The notes beneath the pieces are model-generated. The model did no database searches, was not told the origin of the DNA, and worked only from the letters and a program-made list of their open reading frames with translations. Of a stretch of DNA of 64,000 nucleotides, positions 1 to 10,560 are shown one piece after another. Position numbers and translations under genes: made by a program. Each line of letters begins with the position of its first letter. Within the stretch, counting starts at the first letter, position 1. Origin of the DNA: Cyanidioschyzon merolae (Eukaryota); NCBI GenBank assembly GCA_000091205.1, contig AP006502.2. One strand, given 5' to 3'.

Positions 1-99
1 TCCTCGCAGCATTGGATTCTTCCAACAAATTAATCTGTTTACAAATCCCATATTTGATCGTAGTTGCAACGAAATCGACAAAGTTGTTCGCACCTGTTC

Positions 100-600
100 C
101 ACCAGCGCTAAAGCGACGCGACACAGCAACGCGGAAATCATCAGTGGAGCGAACAATGCCTCGCACCCATGGGCGGCAAATACAGACACTCACGCGCAGA
201 CGCTTCCCAGACTTTTTAGACCGGCAGTCCGGTATCGGCGGCAGCTCTTGCGTCTACAAGTTGAGCATCAGAGGCTGCACTACAAAGTCGGATCGCGCCT
301 GCTCCTCGGGTCTCGTCCTCAGCACCGCACATCGTATGATATTGGTGGCGGCGTTCAAGTCTCGGTTCACGAACTCCATGTCTGCATCGACGCTGGTTGA
401 ACGCACCATGGCGAGGAATCGTCGAACTCGTGCCCTCTGTGCCAATTGGTGCACTGTCAGCTCTGCATGCTTTTCTATCGCCGAAGCGCTGCGCGGCTTT
501 CGCTGCATGTCGTCCTTCTGAAACGTACACCCCAGGTCATCGCTTAATTTTTAAAATGCGCGCACCTGCTTATGCCCTTAGGTGAGGAGCCTCCCACTGG
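100..600 (-). mobile_element. Relic fragment (copy a) of a TnpB/Fanzor-like element, covering the RuvC-III region and 3-prime module; the window start may truncate it.
   Basis: The minus-strand ORF 254..508 encodes MEFVNRDLNAATNIIRCAVL, matching the TnpB/Cas12 RuvC-III signature D-x-N-A-A-x-N-I. Its DNA aligns with 37690-37960 (copy c), for example CGCGCAGACGCTTCCCA...TTTTTAGACCGG and CAGCACCGCACATCG...CGGTTCACGAACT. The frame is disrupted and no RuvC-I or RuvC-II lies upstream. Confidence 0.5.
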
Positions 601-2905
601 GAGAAGGACCTGTGGAAGAGAGACGACAAACGCCCTGGTGTCACTGGACGGTGCGCTTCAGTGATTTACCCAGTCGAGCGATCATTGCGTTTCATGAGAG
701 AAAACACACTTCTTCGATGGCGACGGACCACGTAGCACGCGGCGCAATGAAAAGCAGCTCTACGCTGACGGAATCCGCATATGCTCGAACGCAAGGGGAA
801 TGGTGAAATCCTATGTTGTGTAATAGAAAAACGTCGCCAGACGTCAGGGAAAAGTCTTCAATGATTCGACAAATTGGATGGTACTGTTCGACGAGCCTTC
901 TCCACGAGAGAATTGAAGCTGCCAAATGAATCCACTGGAGCTCCAACAGATGATGATGTGGGCGTTCTCCTCGAGTTCGATCGAACGGACGACGGATTCG
1001 TTTCATTTCGAATACCCGTGCGCGCTCCGAGAGTTTCGTCCCAAGCAAGTCACATTGATTGAAAACAACAAACAGATGATCCGGTGGTTTCTATAGATCG
1101 CAACGCTCCAGGAACTCTTTGCGCGCTTTTTCGGTGCAAGATGGTCGTGCGTGAACTAGGTGTTTATGTTTGTGACTCTCTCCTGGTGTTCTCAGGATCA
1201 CACGAGCAAGCTGTTGTGAAGCAGAGACGCTTGTGTTGGATACTGTCCTCGCTTTTGCGCCACATAAAATGACCAACTGGTCGTTTTCCTACGATTGACA
1301 GCAAGTGCGCTTGAAGAATATCGGCTTTTGGCACGGAGCGCATATCCTTTTTCCTTTCAGTGTCCTGCAATGATCTGAGCAATGTGTTATGACTGACCCG
1401 ACGGGCGAATACAGTGCTCTTTGCGCTATTCATTAAAGAATCTATCCTATAGACAATTCGTCTACGATCTATACGGTATATGGCCCCGGCAAGTCGATCT
1501 CCTTCCATACACTGCAGCATGACGTACAACAGCATCGATTTGAAAGACGATACCGCTACCCAGCGCGTGAGATCATGAACCCGCCCAGAGCCTGTCCACG
1601 GCATCGCACGCTCGACGACGCTAGGCAGCGTTCGGGGAGTTGAGGCGGTGGCTTCGGTCAGCTCTACTTGCTCCCTTTTCGCCGTTCGTCGGTAAACGAG
1701 CGGGGAAGCAGCGCGTATTCGCCACTAGTCCCGCAGGGATCAACAGCAGAACGCCCTATCCGCGCGTCCTCGCTTGCTGCTGTGATCGACTGGAGCGGGC
1801 ATAGGTGCCAGAGCCGTTGACGCGCAGTTCAGCGTTCGGTGTGCTTGTGGGATAACAGAGACGTCGTTGGCGCACTCGAGCCGACCATGTCCGTGCCTGC
1901 AGCACCCAGAGGCCCAGCGATTAGTGATGATATTGAAATCGTCGCACATCCTTGTAATGAACGCATTGACGATTTAATAAATGTTCTATTCGATGACCCG
2001 CGGAGTCTGGGAGAGCCCTGGCGGGCACTGCGCTCGTGTCTGCGGAGGTACGGACTATTCCCGAGGCGAGAGCTCTGGAAACCCCAGCCTCATAAGCTTC
2101 GAGAAAAGCGGTATTCCGGTGAGCCAGATCCGGTGGACGCAGGCATCGGTGATACGTCACACGGCGCCGGACCTGAAACCCACGAATAAGCGCGTTGGCC
2201 ATCGGGGCGGCTCGCCTCTGACACAGGAGCGCGACAATGCGAGCATCATTTCCATGCGACAAACTCGCCCGCAACGTCCTCAGCATGATCTTGCATGCGA
2301 AACCTGTTGTTTCTCCTCAGCTTGTATGACTGATCGAGAAGGTTGCTTCCGAACCTGCCGCGGCGCAGAAAGCGTACGATGCGCTGCCAATTTCGAGCAC
2401 CGACTTTGAGATGAGCTCGGGAGCGTCCGACCAGAGCATCTCATGGAGCCTTGAACGTGCTCGATGATCTCGTGCATGGGCCTTATCCATCACATCGGCA
2501 GGTGTGGCTGTTTCATGTACTGTTGCGTTGCGCGGCATCGCTGGACATCTTCATGCGCCGTAGACGCTCTTCCCGATGACGACCATCAGGGTAACAGCAT
2601 TACACTGGCGCCGGCAAGTGGGTGGCCAGGCCTCGAACACCCCAAAATGGAAACAATCATGTGTGGGCTCCGATGGGGACTTGGCGTCGCCAAGCGGCGT
2701 TCACAGGAACCCCGCCGATGCTCCCCCTGAAAAATGGTCCCTCATACCGCACAGACCAGGATGGCGTTATGGCGAACGCCAGCGCGCATGCGGGACGCTC
2801 GCGCCACTGCCACGTACTCGTTGTTGTGTAGTACCAGCGGTAGCGCTTCGAAGGTCGCATCACCAGGCCGAAACTGGTGACACCCTATCCCGCAGCGCGG
2901 TATGA

Positions 2906-4078
2906 TCAACTCGCGATGCGCAAATTCGCGTGCAGCGACGCTACATCTTCGATGAGCTTGGCGAGCTCCTCTACTTTTTCCCATTCGCTGGCCTCGATTT
3001 CTGGCTGAGCGAAGATGAGCAAAATGAGTGCGCTATTCTGGGTTGTGCTGTCCATGGAAGCGACGGAATAGAGCCCTCCAATGCTGCTTGTGTCCGTGGT
3101 TTCGTCGTCCTCGCTCTCGCCGACATACAGACGACGGATGAGAACAAGGCCGCTTTCACTTTCGAACAGCAAATCACGCATCTCGTCACCCTGCACCATT
3201 AGAATCTGCTCCGTGTCATCAATGAGAAACTGAACATTCGCTAGCAGGGCGACCTGGTCTACCGTGGCATTCGAGGCGATGACCTTGTTGCCCCGCAGCA
3301 GAATCGCTCGCTTCACGTTTCGGAGGCGCGTGAACTCTGCCACGACCGCTAGTGCGCTCTTCTGGATCGCGTCTGAAAAGGCGCCGTCGAACTGACGGAA
3401 ACGATCCAAAAGCGTCACGTTCTGGACAAGGCTCCTCGATGAAAACGGGGGTTTGCGTCCGGAGATGCCGGGCACCAGCGACGGCATCGTGACAGCGCCC
3501 CTGGGACTAGCCGTGAAGCCAAGACTCGGCGCTGCCGCCCGAAGCTCACTGTCTATCACGTGATGGACCAGCTCAGGCGCACTTCGAGGTATCGGGGAGC
3601 CTCCGGAGACCTCCGAGGCGTTGCGCATGTGCTGGCTGGGGTGTCCGGGGGCATCCCCGTCGGTCAACGGGCTCGCTGCATGCGCGCTCAGCGAGTCGTC
3701 CGAGGTGTAGCTTCTGCCGTAGGTCGCACTTCTCGAGAACCCTTGTCCGTCCGTGGTCAGGCCGCTCAATAAAACATCTTCAAACATTGTCAGAAAGTCA
3801 TCTAGTAGCTTCGTGGCGACCAAACGTCCAAGTTGGCAAGAGTCAGACAGGTCCTGGAAAAGCGCTGCCGTTATTCTCGCTCGTTTGGCGGTAACCAACG
3901 TCAGGAGCATATCGTCGAACTGGACCTGAGAGATGTTGCGGCGGGTTTGCCGCGTGACAAACTCCATCACCGCCGTCAACAACGAGCCCACAAGCCGTGG
4001 TTGCTCGACAGGCCGTAGCACCGCCTTGCTATAGAGAACGAGACCCGACTGCGAAACGATGAGAAAAGTTCGAATCAT
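2906..4078 (-). CDS. Hypothetical 390-aa protein; the N-terminus (MIRTFLIVSQSGLVLYSKAV) resembles the first longin domain of Mon1/Fuzzy/HPS1-type tri-longin proteins, but product assignment is weak.
   Basis: A long clean ORF with ATG at 4076-4078. The N-terminal hydrophobic-S-x-S-G-x-hydrophobic-Y-S-K pattern is recalled from longin-domain RabGEF subunits; I could not verify other motifs. Confidence 0.4.
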   Translation of the reverse strand: MIRTFLIVSQSGLVLYSKAVLRPVEQPRLVGSLLTAVMEFVTRQTRRNISQVQFDDMLLTLVTAKRARITAALFQDLSDSCQLGRLVATKLLDDFLTMFEDVLLSGLTTDGQGFSRSATYGRSYTSDDSLSAHAASPLTDGDAPGHPSQHMRNASEVSGGSPIPRSAPELVHHVIDSELRAAAPSLGFTASPRGAVTMPSLVPGISGRKPPFSSRSLVQNVTLLDRFRQFDGAFSDAIQKSALAVVAEFTRLRNVKRAILLRGNKVIASNATVDQVALLANVQFLIDDTEQILMVQGDEMRDLLFESESGLVLIRRLYVGESEDDETTDTSSIGGLYSVASMDSTTQNSALILLIFAQPEIEASEWEKVEELAKLIEDVASLHANLRIAS

Positions 4079-5729
4079 CGTTCATGGTTTTTTCCCCAGA
4101 GCTTTGATTGTGAAACGCGGACTCAAGCAGGTCCCGTTCACCACGAACAGGCACAAAGCGATAAACCGTCACAGAGTCGCTGCCAACGGAGTTCTTCGTT
4201 CCAGGTTCGCGAACGGGTGCGCTTGGCTGGACCGCGCCCCGAGGAGCATCTGAGCCGCTGCAGGCGACTCTGGCTTTTGCTCTGGATCCATGAAGCAGCG
4301 GATGACTTCTGTTCGGATATTGTAGGATGGGGGTACCACGTGCATTTGATGTATGTTGCCGTGGAGTCGTTGGTCGAGTTGAATCTGAGGCAATCTGTAT
4401 GACCCGGACGGAACGAGGTGCGGGAGCATGCGCCGAGCCGTTCGTTGACGGTGCTCGTGCGCTGCCGACTTTTTCTTCCAATGTCAACGCTGCACAAGCG
4501 TGCTTGCGTGCAGCAGCTCGCATAGACGTTGTGGGTTATAGATTCTGTCAGAGGCGCCGGAAAACCTGCTCTCAGCGTCGCGTGCACGCGCTGCCTATTC
4601 ACAGACTGATTGCCGTTCAGGACGCACTTGAAAAAGACACTGCAACATAAAAGTCTTTCCGAATGCATGAACTGTGAAGTGCATAAAGGAGTAAACCATT
4701 GATAGGGTTGATTTTCGAAAGACTGACGCGAGCCGCTTCTTTGCTGGGCGGTAGCTACTGACGGCCTCGTGGCGGGTTTGGGAGTTTCGCCCCATACGCT
4801 GCAGCCGACGATGATAGACGACGTTGTATGGAGGCGGCCGCAGACACGCAGCATGAGACCGTCTTCACTGTGATACGTAAAACGGAGCCTCTGTGGTTGA
4901 AGAAAGATGCGAGATGCCTACTGGAGCTTTGCGAGCGTGCACAGAAAGAGCACGATCATGAAACCTTCCCGAACGGAACCGACGCGAATGCCAAGACTAG
5001 CGCAACGTTCTCCACATCGAGGTTGATCTCCACGGACGCTTCGCAGCAAGTCACTTGCTCTCAGGATCTCTGAAGCTGGTCCACGTATACATGCAGGAAT
5101 ACATGTTCGGGTACACGCTTTGCAACCGCGATACCAGAAGATGTACAGCACGACTCCATTACGAGAAGCTCATGCAGCTTACATTGTACAGGAACTCGAA
5201 GCCTGGTGCTCGGATCCTCGATATTCGAGCCCAACAGCAGCGAATCCGTTACGTAGCAGCATCGGAATTGCCCAGGAGCAGACGGCACTGCCGTTGCATG
5301 CTCCAGTCTCGACAATCTCACGCAGCAGTAGCGTTCACCGATATCTCTCGACCTAGATGTCTACACAACTCGACGCTATATCTACTATGAACCGCAAGCT
5401 CCATTACAGGTCCTGGGGGAGTGTCGGCTGCGTTGCCAGGTTCGCGATTTTCAATGACCGTTTTGGGAACTCGTCGCATTTGATTCACACGGTAACGCTC
5501 GGAGACCCGTTGCCTTTTGCGCGTTGAAGCACCCAAGCTGGGATTCACGCGCAAAGACGTCGAACCGGGAGCATTAGCCTCCGGGCAGAGATGTTCTGGA
5601 GCTCTGGGTGTGCACTTCGTGCAGGGCACTAGCCGGACGCATGACTGATAGCGTCCTCGTCTATGGCTGCGAGAGCTCTGCGACGCATGCCCGCAAGCGT
5701 GTTTCTCGCTGGGCGCTGGTATTCTAGGT

Positions 5730-5754
5730 TTAGAGTCTCAGTAGACGCAATGGG

Positions 5755-5790
<36 letters not shown>

Positions 5791-7535
5791 GGCTCTGAGA
5801 TTCCCCGTATGCGCGGGCGCTTCCGAATGATAGGGCTGCGGGTGTCAAACGTGACGCCAAACTCGCGTTCGAAATCCTTTTTCACCTCGATTACCTCATC
5901 TATGGATCGCGCGAGTCCCAGGTGCTGCATCATCCTGCCGAAACGCTGTTCATCGCGAATGGACCCACGAGGGTGCTCATTTCGCAGATCTTCGTCAGAG
6001 GGGCCTCCCGAAGAAGCTGCTGCATTCGCATCTTGCCGCGTACTCGTTTCCAGGGCACTCGCAGCGCTCTGGCTAGCCGCTCCACTTCCGAGATGGACTC
6101 TCGCGGAAAACTTGGACCCGGGAACAGCTGCGCCGGTTCCTCCCGCGCCAAGCCGATGCTCTTTCTGGTTAGCATTGTCTGATACGAGCATCCGACCCGA
6201 TTCTAAATAAAAAAGTTGCTTATCGGGATTTTCCGGGCCCGTGACGGCCATGGTTTCAGTACTCACACTACTGAATCCCAAGATTTTGCGATTTCCAGGA
6301 TCACTGATAGCGTTCGGTAACCGCTTGACGAGTTGCACGCTCTCGAACACGCGTTTGAGCAGAGTTGTGTTACGCAGCCATCGTGCGATAGCCTCTACCC
6401 GCTCCAAGGTCTCGTTGGGATCAACGCATGTCTTAAAGTACTTTGCTGCGTTCACGAACACAGGGACACGATCGGGTCCGAGGCCGTTCAGCGCAGCCAT
6501 GTACTTGGACCGGGACACCAAAGCATGTTGCTCTTCGGGAACAGAGACTTTGACGCCACCAGGAAACCCGAACGGCGGCAACACAGGTGTTCCAGCGCCT
6601 GCTCGGCTGGAGAAGAAAGCGCTCAACTCATTCTGGTAGAAAATAGGATCACATTTCAGAATATGTAGGTACCAGTTGTGGAAGCGAGTAGAAACATCCG
6701 TGCCACAGCGACTACACCAGCGATACGCTGCATGGCTTGACGGATGGAGACCCAACAAGATATCACCCTCGGGTTCCGGCAGATGAAGGACACCGGAGCG
6801 GATATTGCCCGGCTCTACCGCAGTGGCGCGAGCAGCGGCGATGCCAGCCGGTGTCTGCAAGTTCGGAACCAGTTGCGCAAGTCGCAAACTCGCCTGATCA
6901 ACCTGGCGGTCTGTACCAGTGACCGCTGCTGGAAAGTGCAGCAGACCGGTCTGGGCAGCGGCAGCAGCAGCTGCTGCTGCCGCCGCCGTGCTCGTTCGAC
7001 GGTTACCAGAACCACGGCCGGTCATGTCGGCAAACGTGCCGTCCATAATGAAGGGTCGAGCACCAACCAGCTGTCTCTGTACATAATTGTTCCCTAACCT
7101 CTTGGGTTCGCTGGCCTGAAACTTGCTCAGATCATAGGCTGGATCCCCGGGGTGGTAGGCCGCTAGCTTTTCAGCGAGGCTGAGCTCGAGGTCCGCTCGC
7201 GTTCGCCCTCGAGGAGCGTCATAGACCATAGCAATGACACGCAAAACATCTCGTTGCGTTTGCTTAATTTCTTCAAAGGTAAACTGCGGCAGTGGTTTGA
7301 TGCCAAACTCGAGCAACTTCTGCTCCCGTTCCGCGTCGTTGGCGTAGTTCCGGCGAACGGGTCCGCCGCCCGAGTGCGCGGCAGCACCAGCCACAGTCGA
7401 GCGCGCCGAGGTAATCGCCCCAAACCCAGGCGCTCGCCACACTGGCACGTTTTCCGGTTTTGAAGAAGTGTCTGAGCGGGTATCTCCTCCTTGCAATCCT
7501 CTCGCCGAAGACGAGACTGGAGGTAGGGTCGCCAT
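5730..7535 (-). CDS. Conserved hypothetical protein of about 601 aa, with a CxxC...H...H...C cluster and a C-terminal polyQ (Q11) tract.
   Basis: ORF 5730..7664 with its first ATG at 7533-7535 (MATLPPV...); the ORF track used an alternative GTG start. It is long and uninterrupted with regular codon usage. The C-terminal QQQQQQQQQQQ is encoded by (GCT)11 on the plus strand. I recognised no family. Confidence 0.5.
5756..5788. repeat. (GCT)11 / (CAG)11 trinucleotide microsatellite encoding the polyQ tail of the 5730..7535 gene.
   Basis: Direct reading of gctgctgctgctgctgctgctgctgctgctgct. Confidence 0.9.
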
Positions 7536-10435
7536 ACGCGCCTCGGAGTCAAGCGTGCAGCGCGACAACAATTGCGAAAGGAGTTTGGAAGGCGCCCTCG
7601 GGGCATGTGCAGGGCCCTGTCCAAAATGTGTGGTATATCCTATTTGGCATCTGAAAAAAGTCACCCGCTTACGATCTGTCCGCTGCGAGCAACGTGTCAG
7701 GCTGCGCGCTGTATATTTGTCACTAAATAGTCATAATTGTTCTAGGATTGGTAGTGGGTCCGGGCATGTGCCGAGCGCCCGACAGCATTGCCCGTGTGAT
7801 CTGCGGCGCTCGCGCACCTTGACGTTCTGGTTCGATTCCTCGGTGCTATCCATAGAAATAAATGCGAGCATGAGCGTCTGCAGTGCTCGGACACCATCAT
7901 GTTTCCGAACGTTTCCAGTTGGTGCATTTATTCGAGGAGGGCGCTGCGATCGCATGGGAACAAGTACAAGTTTGAACGCTGCGTAGCGTCTGATGCCCAG
8001 AGTCTGGACTGAATGGAAACGAACTTAAAGTTTGAGCATGGTCGGTATAGCCGTCGGTGGGTATCTCCCGTCCAGAGAGCTGTACCGCTGGTGTCTGTAG
8101 CACTGCGTCTGTTCCAGATTCGAATAGAAACAGGGAACTGCGCGCTTTGTACTTTCTGTCATGAGTTTTTCCTGCAAAATTTTTTAGACTTCCAGCCACG
8201 ACATTCGCTATGCACCTCGAGAAGCTTACAGATTCAAATGCCTTCTCAGGATACTTCATCGTGTTTTTGGAGCGGCGCTTTCGACGCTTCGTCGATGGAA
8301 TTCTTTATGCCATCTTTGTCAAGATGATTCACGGGGCTCTTGAACGAGCGTTGGTACAAGAACTGATATCACTATCGAATTCACAGGTATATGCCTCCAT
8401 GTGTCTTTGTTCCTTGCGAGTAGCATGCTCGAGTCACGCATTCTTCATGATTGGGTCCGCTTGTTTCAAATCCATTCCTCGACGCTGGATGGATGATGGA
8501 GAAATCGAAAAAGTCCCATGACTACTTGTTTACCAGCTTGGATTTTGTTCCCGCTATTCGTTTCCCCATGGTCAACATCGCGTTCCACACACCAATTATC
8601 GAAAGGGATAGCATGCGCGTGCAGCCGACAGAGTGCTCGCCGCAGAGATCACCCAAAAGTAACCGGTAATTTCAAGATACAGCACTGGACTCGAAAGCGG
8701 AGTAGGGCGTTGAGGGCGGCCTCATGCACCCGTCATGGACTTGTGCTGAGCGATGAGGCGAGCGCGTTTGCCCCTCAGTGCAGCGCTCGGAGCAGCGGCC
8801 CAGATCGTACCTATATACATGTATATTGAAACACCTGAGCACAGTCCAAGTTTCACCGCTACGATCTACGCGCCCAGGCTGTACACGAAGAACATGAAAA
8901 CGACAAGCGAACCGCAGATCGCAACTTTCATTTGTGCACAACAAGCGTCGACTCCCACCAAAGGCGGTGTAATCGGAGCTACCTCGCTGCCACCAACATC
9001 TGTCGACTACTGCCGATAAAGCTGGATGGAAAGGGGAAACAGGCCGGTTTAAAGCCAGAGCTTCGAGAGAAGCAAAGCAAACATTTGCAGATGTAGCTCA
9101 CATCGGCCAGCGTTTATGACATTGCGACGAGACCCAAACTTTCGTATATGCACCGGAATGCGTAAAGTGTACCCGTTTCATTGTATGTTGACATTGGCGT
9201 TGAGCAATGATAAATTCGACGTGTAGCCGCGGAACCAACAAATGCTGTGCTCGCCCCGTGGCCGCAAAAAACCGCAACAAGACAGGTGAATGCCCTTAAA
9301 CGACAACGGTACAACGCGTGGATGTGCAGACGACGACAGAAATGGCCAAATGCGAACAGGCATCGACATACTGGGGCTGCTCAGTGGCCCGCGCCAGACG
9401 ACCAGTGCGCAGTGAACGCACCTTCTGGCTCGGTGTGAAACTATTCTGAATTTTACCGGAAGCATATTCGTGCTTGTGCTTATAGAGCAAGGCGTGTGTG
9501 AGACGCATCTGGACTTGCGCGATACGCACGCTCACTGTCGACATGCCGACGGGGATTTTCGTACTCAGCGTTACCGCGCGGGGACACCACAGCGCGTTGC
9601 GCACGGTACCTCGAGCTTCCGAAATGCGCGGTTGCAGCGTTTGGAATACGTTTACGCTGGGTCTACCTCCGAGCTAGCCGTCAGCGACGGCACTCGGAGG
9701 AGCAGCGTATCCGCCCGAAACGGAGCATTTCTTGCGGTGTGCGACACGCACCGCATTCGGCTCCCCATGGAGCTGGTGTCAGTTCCGAGAGCGCGCTCAT
9801 CGTTGCCAAATGCCGGAGCTTGCGCGCGGCGTTTCGTTTTATGTGACTCCGGAATGATGCACAAGGCGTTCTTGCTTGATATTCTGTAGCGATTTGCGCT
9901 CTTGCTGCCCACGAGCAGCCTCGGCAGTTACGTGATTCCGCGTCGTTTCCAGTGTACTGCGCTCGCTGGTTGTGCCTATGCTCCAGAACGACGCGAGCGA
10001 AGCGTCGCGAGAAATACACAGTACTCCCGCATGCTGACGTGACCAAGCGTTCCACGACGGGTCGGGTGACGGCAGCTATTGGCGACGCAACTCGTTTCTC
10101 CATCGAGTCAGTAACTCCAATGCCGTTATGCGCAGCTCTGAACGTACGTTGCGAGTCGCTTGCATCCAGCAAACGAGTGGAATTTTCATCCGCAACCTAA
10201 ATTCATGATCCATTCGCCATCCATACAGTGTCCTGGATACAACGGTTCTTCGGGAGAGGATCCCGTATTCCTGGAAGCAGCGCTCATCGTAGAGCGCATC
10301 GTGCCCGCTGGCACGACGCTGAGCGCCCGTGTGGCGGCCTTGAAGGCCGATCGCGCGTGCCCTAGCCATGGCGGTTTCACGGCATCGTTGTGCCGGCGAG
10401 CAGGATACGCGAAAGTACCCATACACCGTGGCTGA

Positions 10436-10480
10436 TAGACAGGCAGACAGACAGGCAGACAGACAGACAGACAGACAAGT
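10436..10480. repeat. (CAGA)n / (CAGG) microsatellite in the 5-prime intergenic region of the coatomer gene.
   Basis: caggcagacagacaggcagacagacagacagacagacaag read directly. Confidence 0.85.
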
Positions 10481-10560
10481 AGGCAGGCATTCATCTAGGT
10501 ACGCAAATAGTCCGGCTTGACCAGTATCCGGCTCACTTGCCCAAAAGTGCACCCCATAAG

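Noticed and set aside
12-521. 169-aa plus-strand ORF at the window start, and similar plus-strand ORFs at 37399-38154, 45744-46052 and 60775-60978 sharing STAH...AAFKSRFTNS peptides.
   Set aside because: These are the antisense translation of the conserved RuvC-III region of the TnpB-like copies. They are conserved only because the opposite strand is, so they are not called as genes.
4029-4854. Overlapping 164-aa and 238-aa minus-strand ORFs upstream of the 2906-4078 gene.
   Set aside because: Mutually overlapping frames with no recognisable domains and biased composition; treated as intergenic.
7815-7845. GGTTCGATTCC string resembling a tRNA T-arm.
   Set aside because: Flanking sequence does not form T-stem, acceptor or anticodon stems at tRNA spacing. 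It is probably a chance match; I could not scan for tRNAs systematically.
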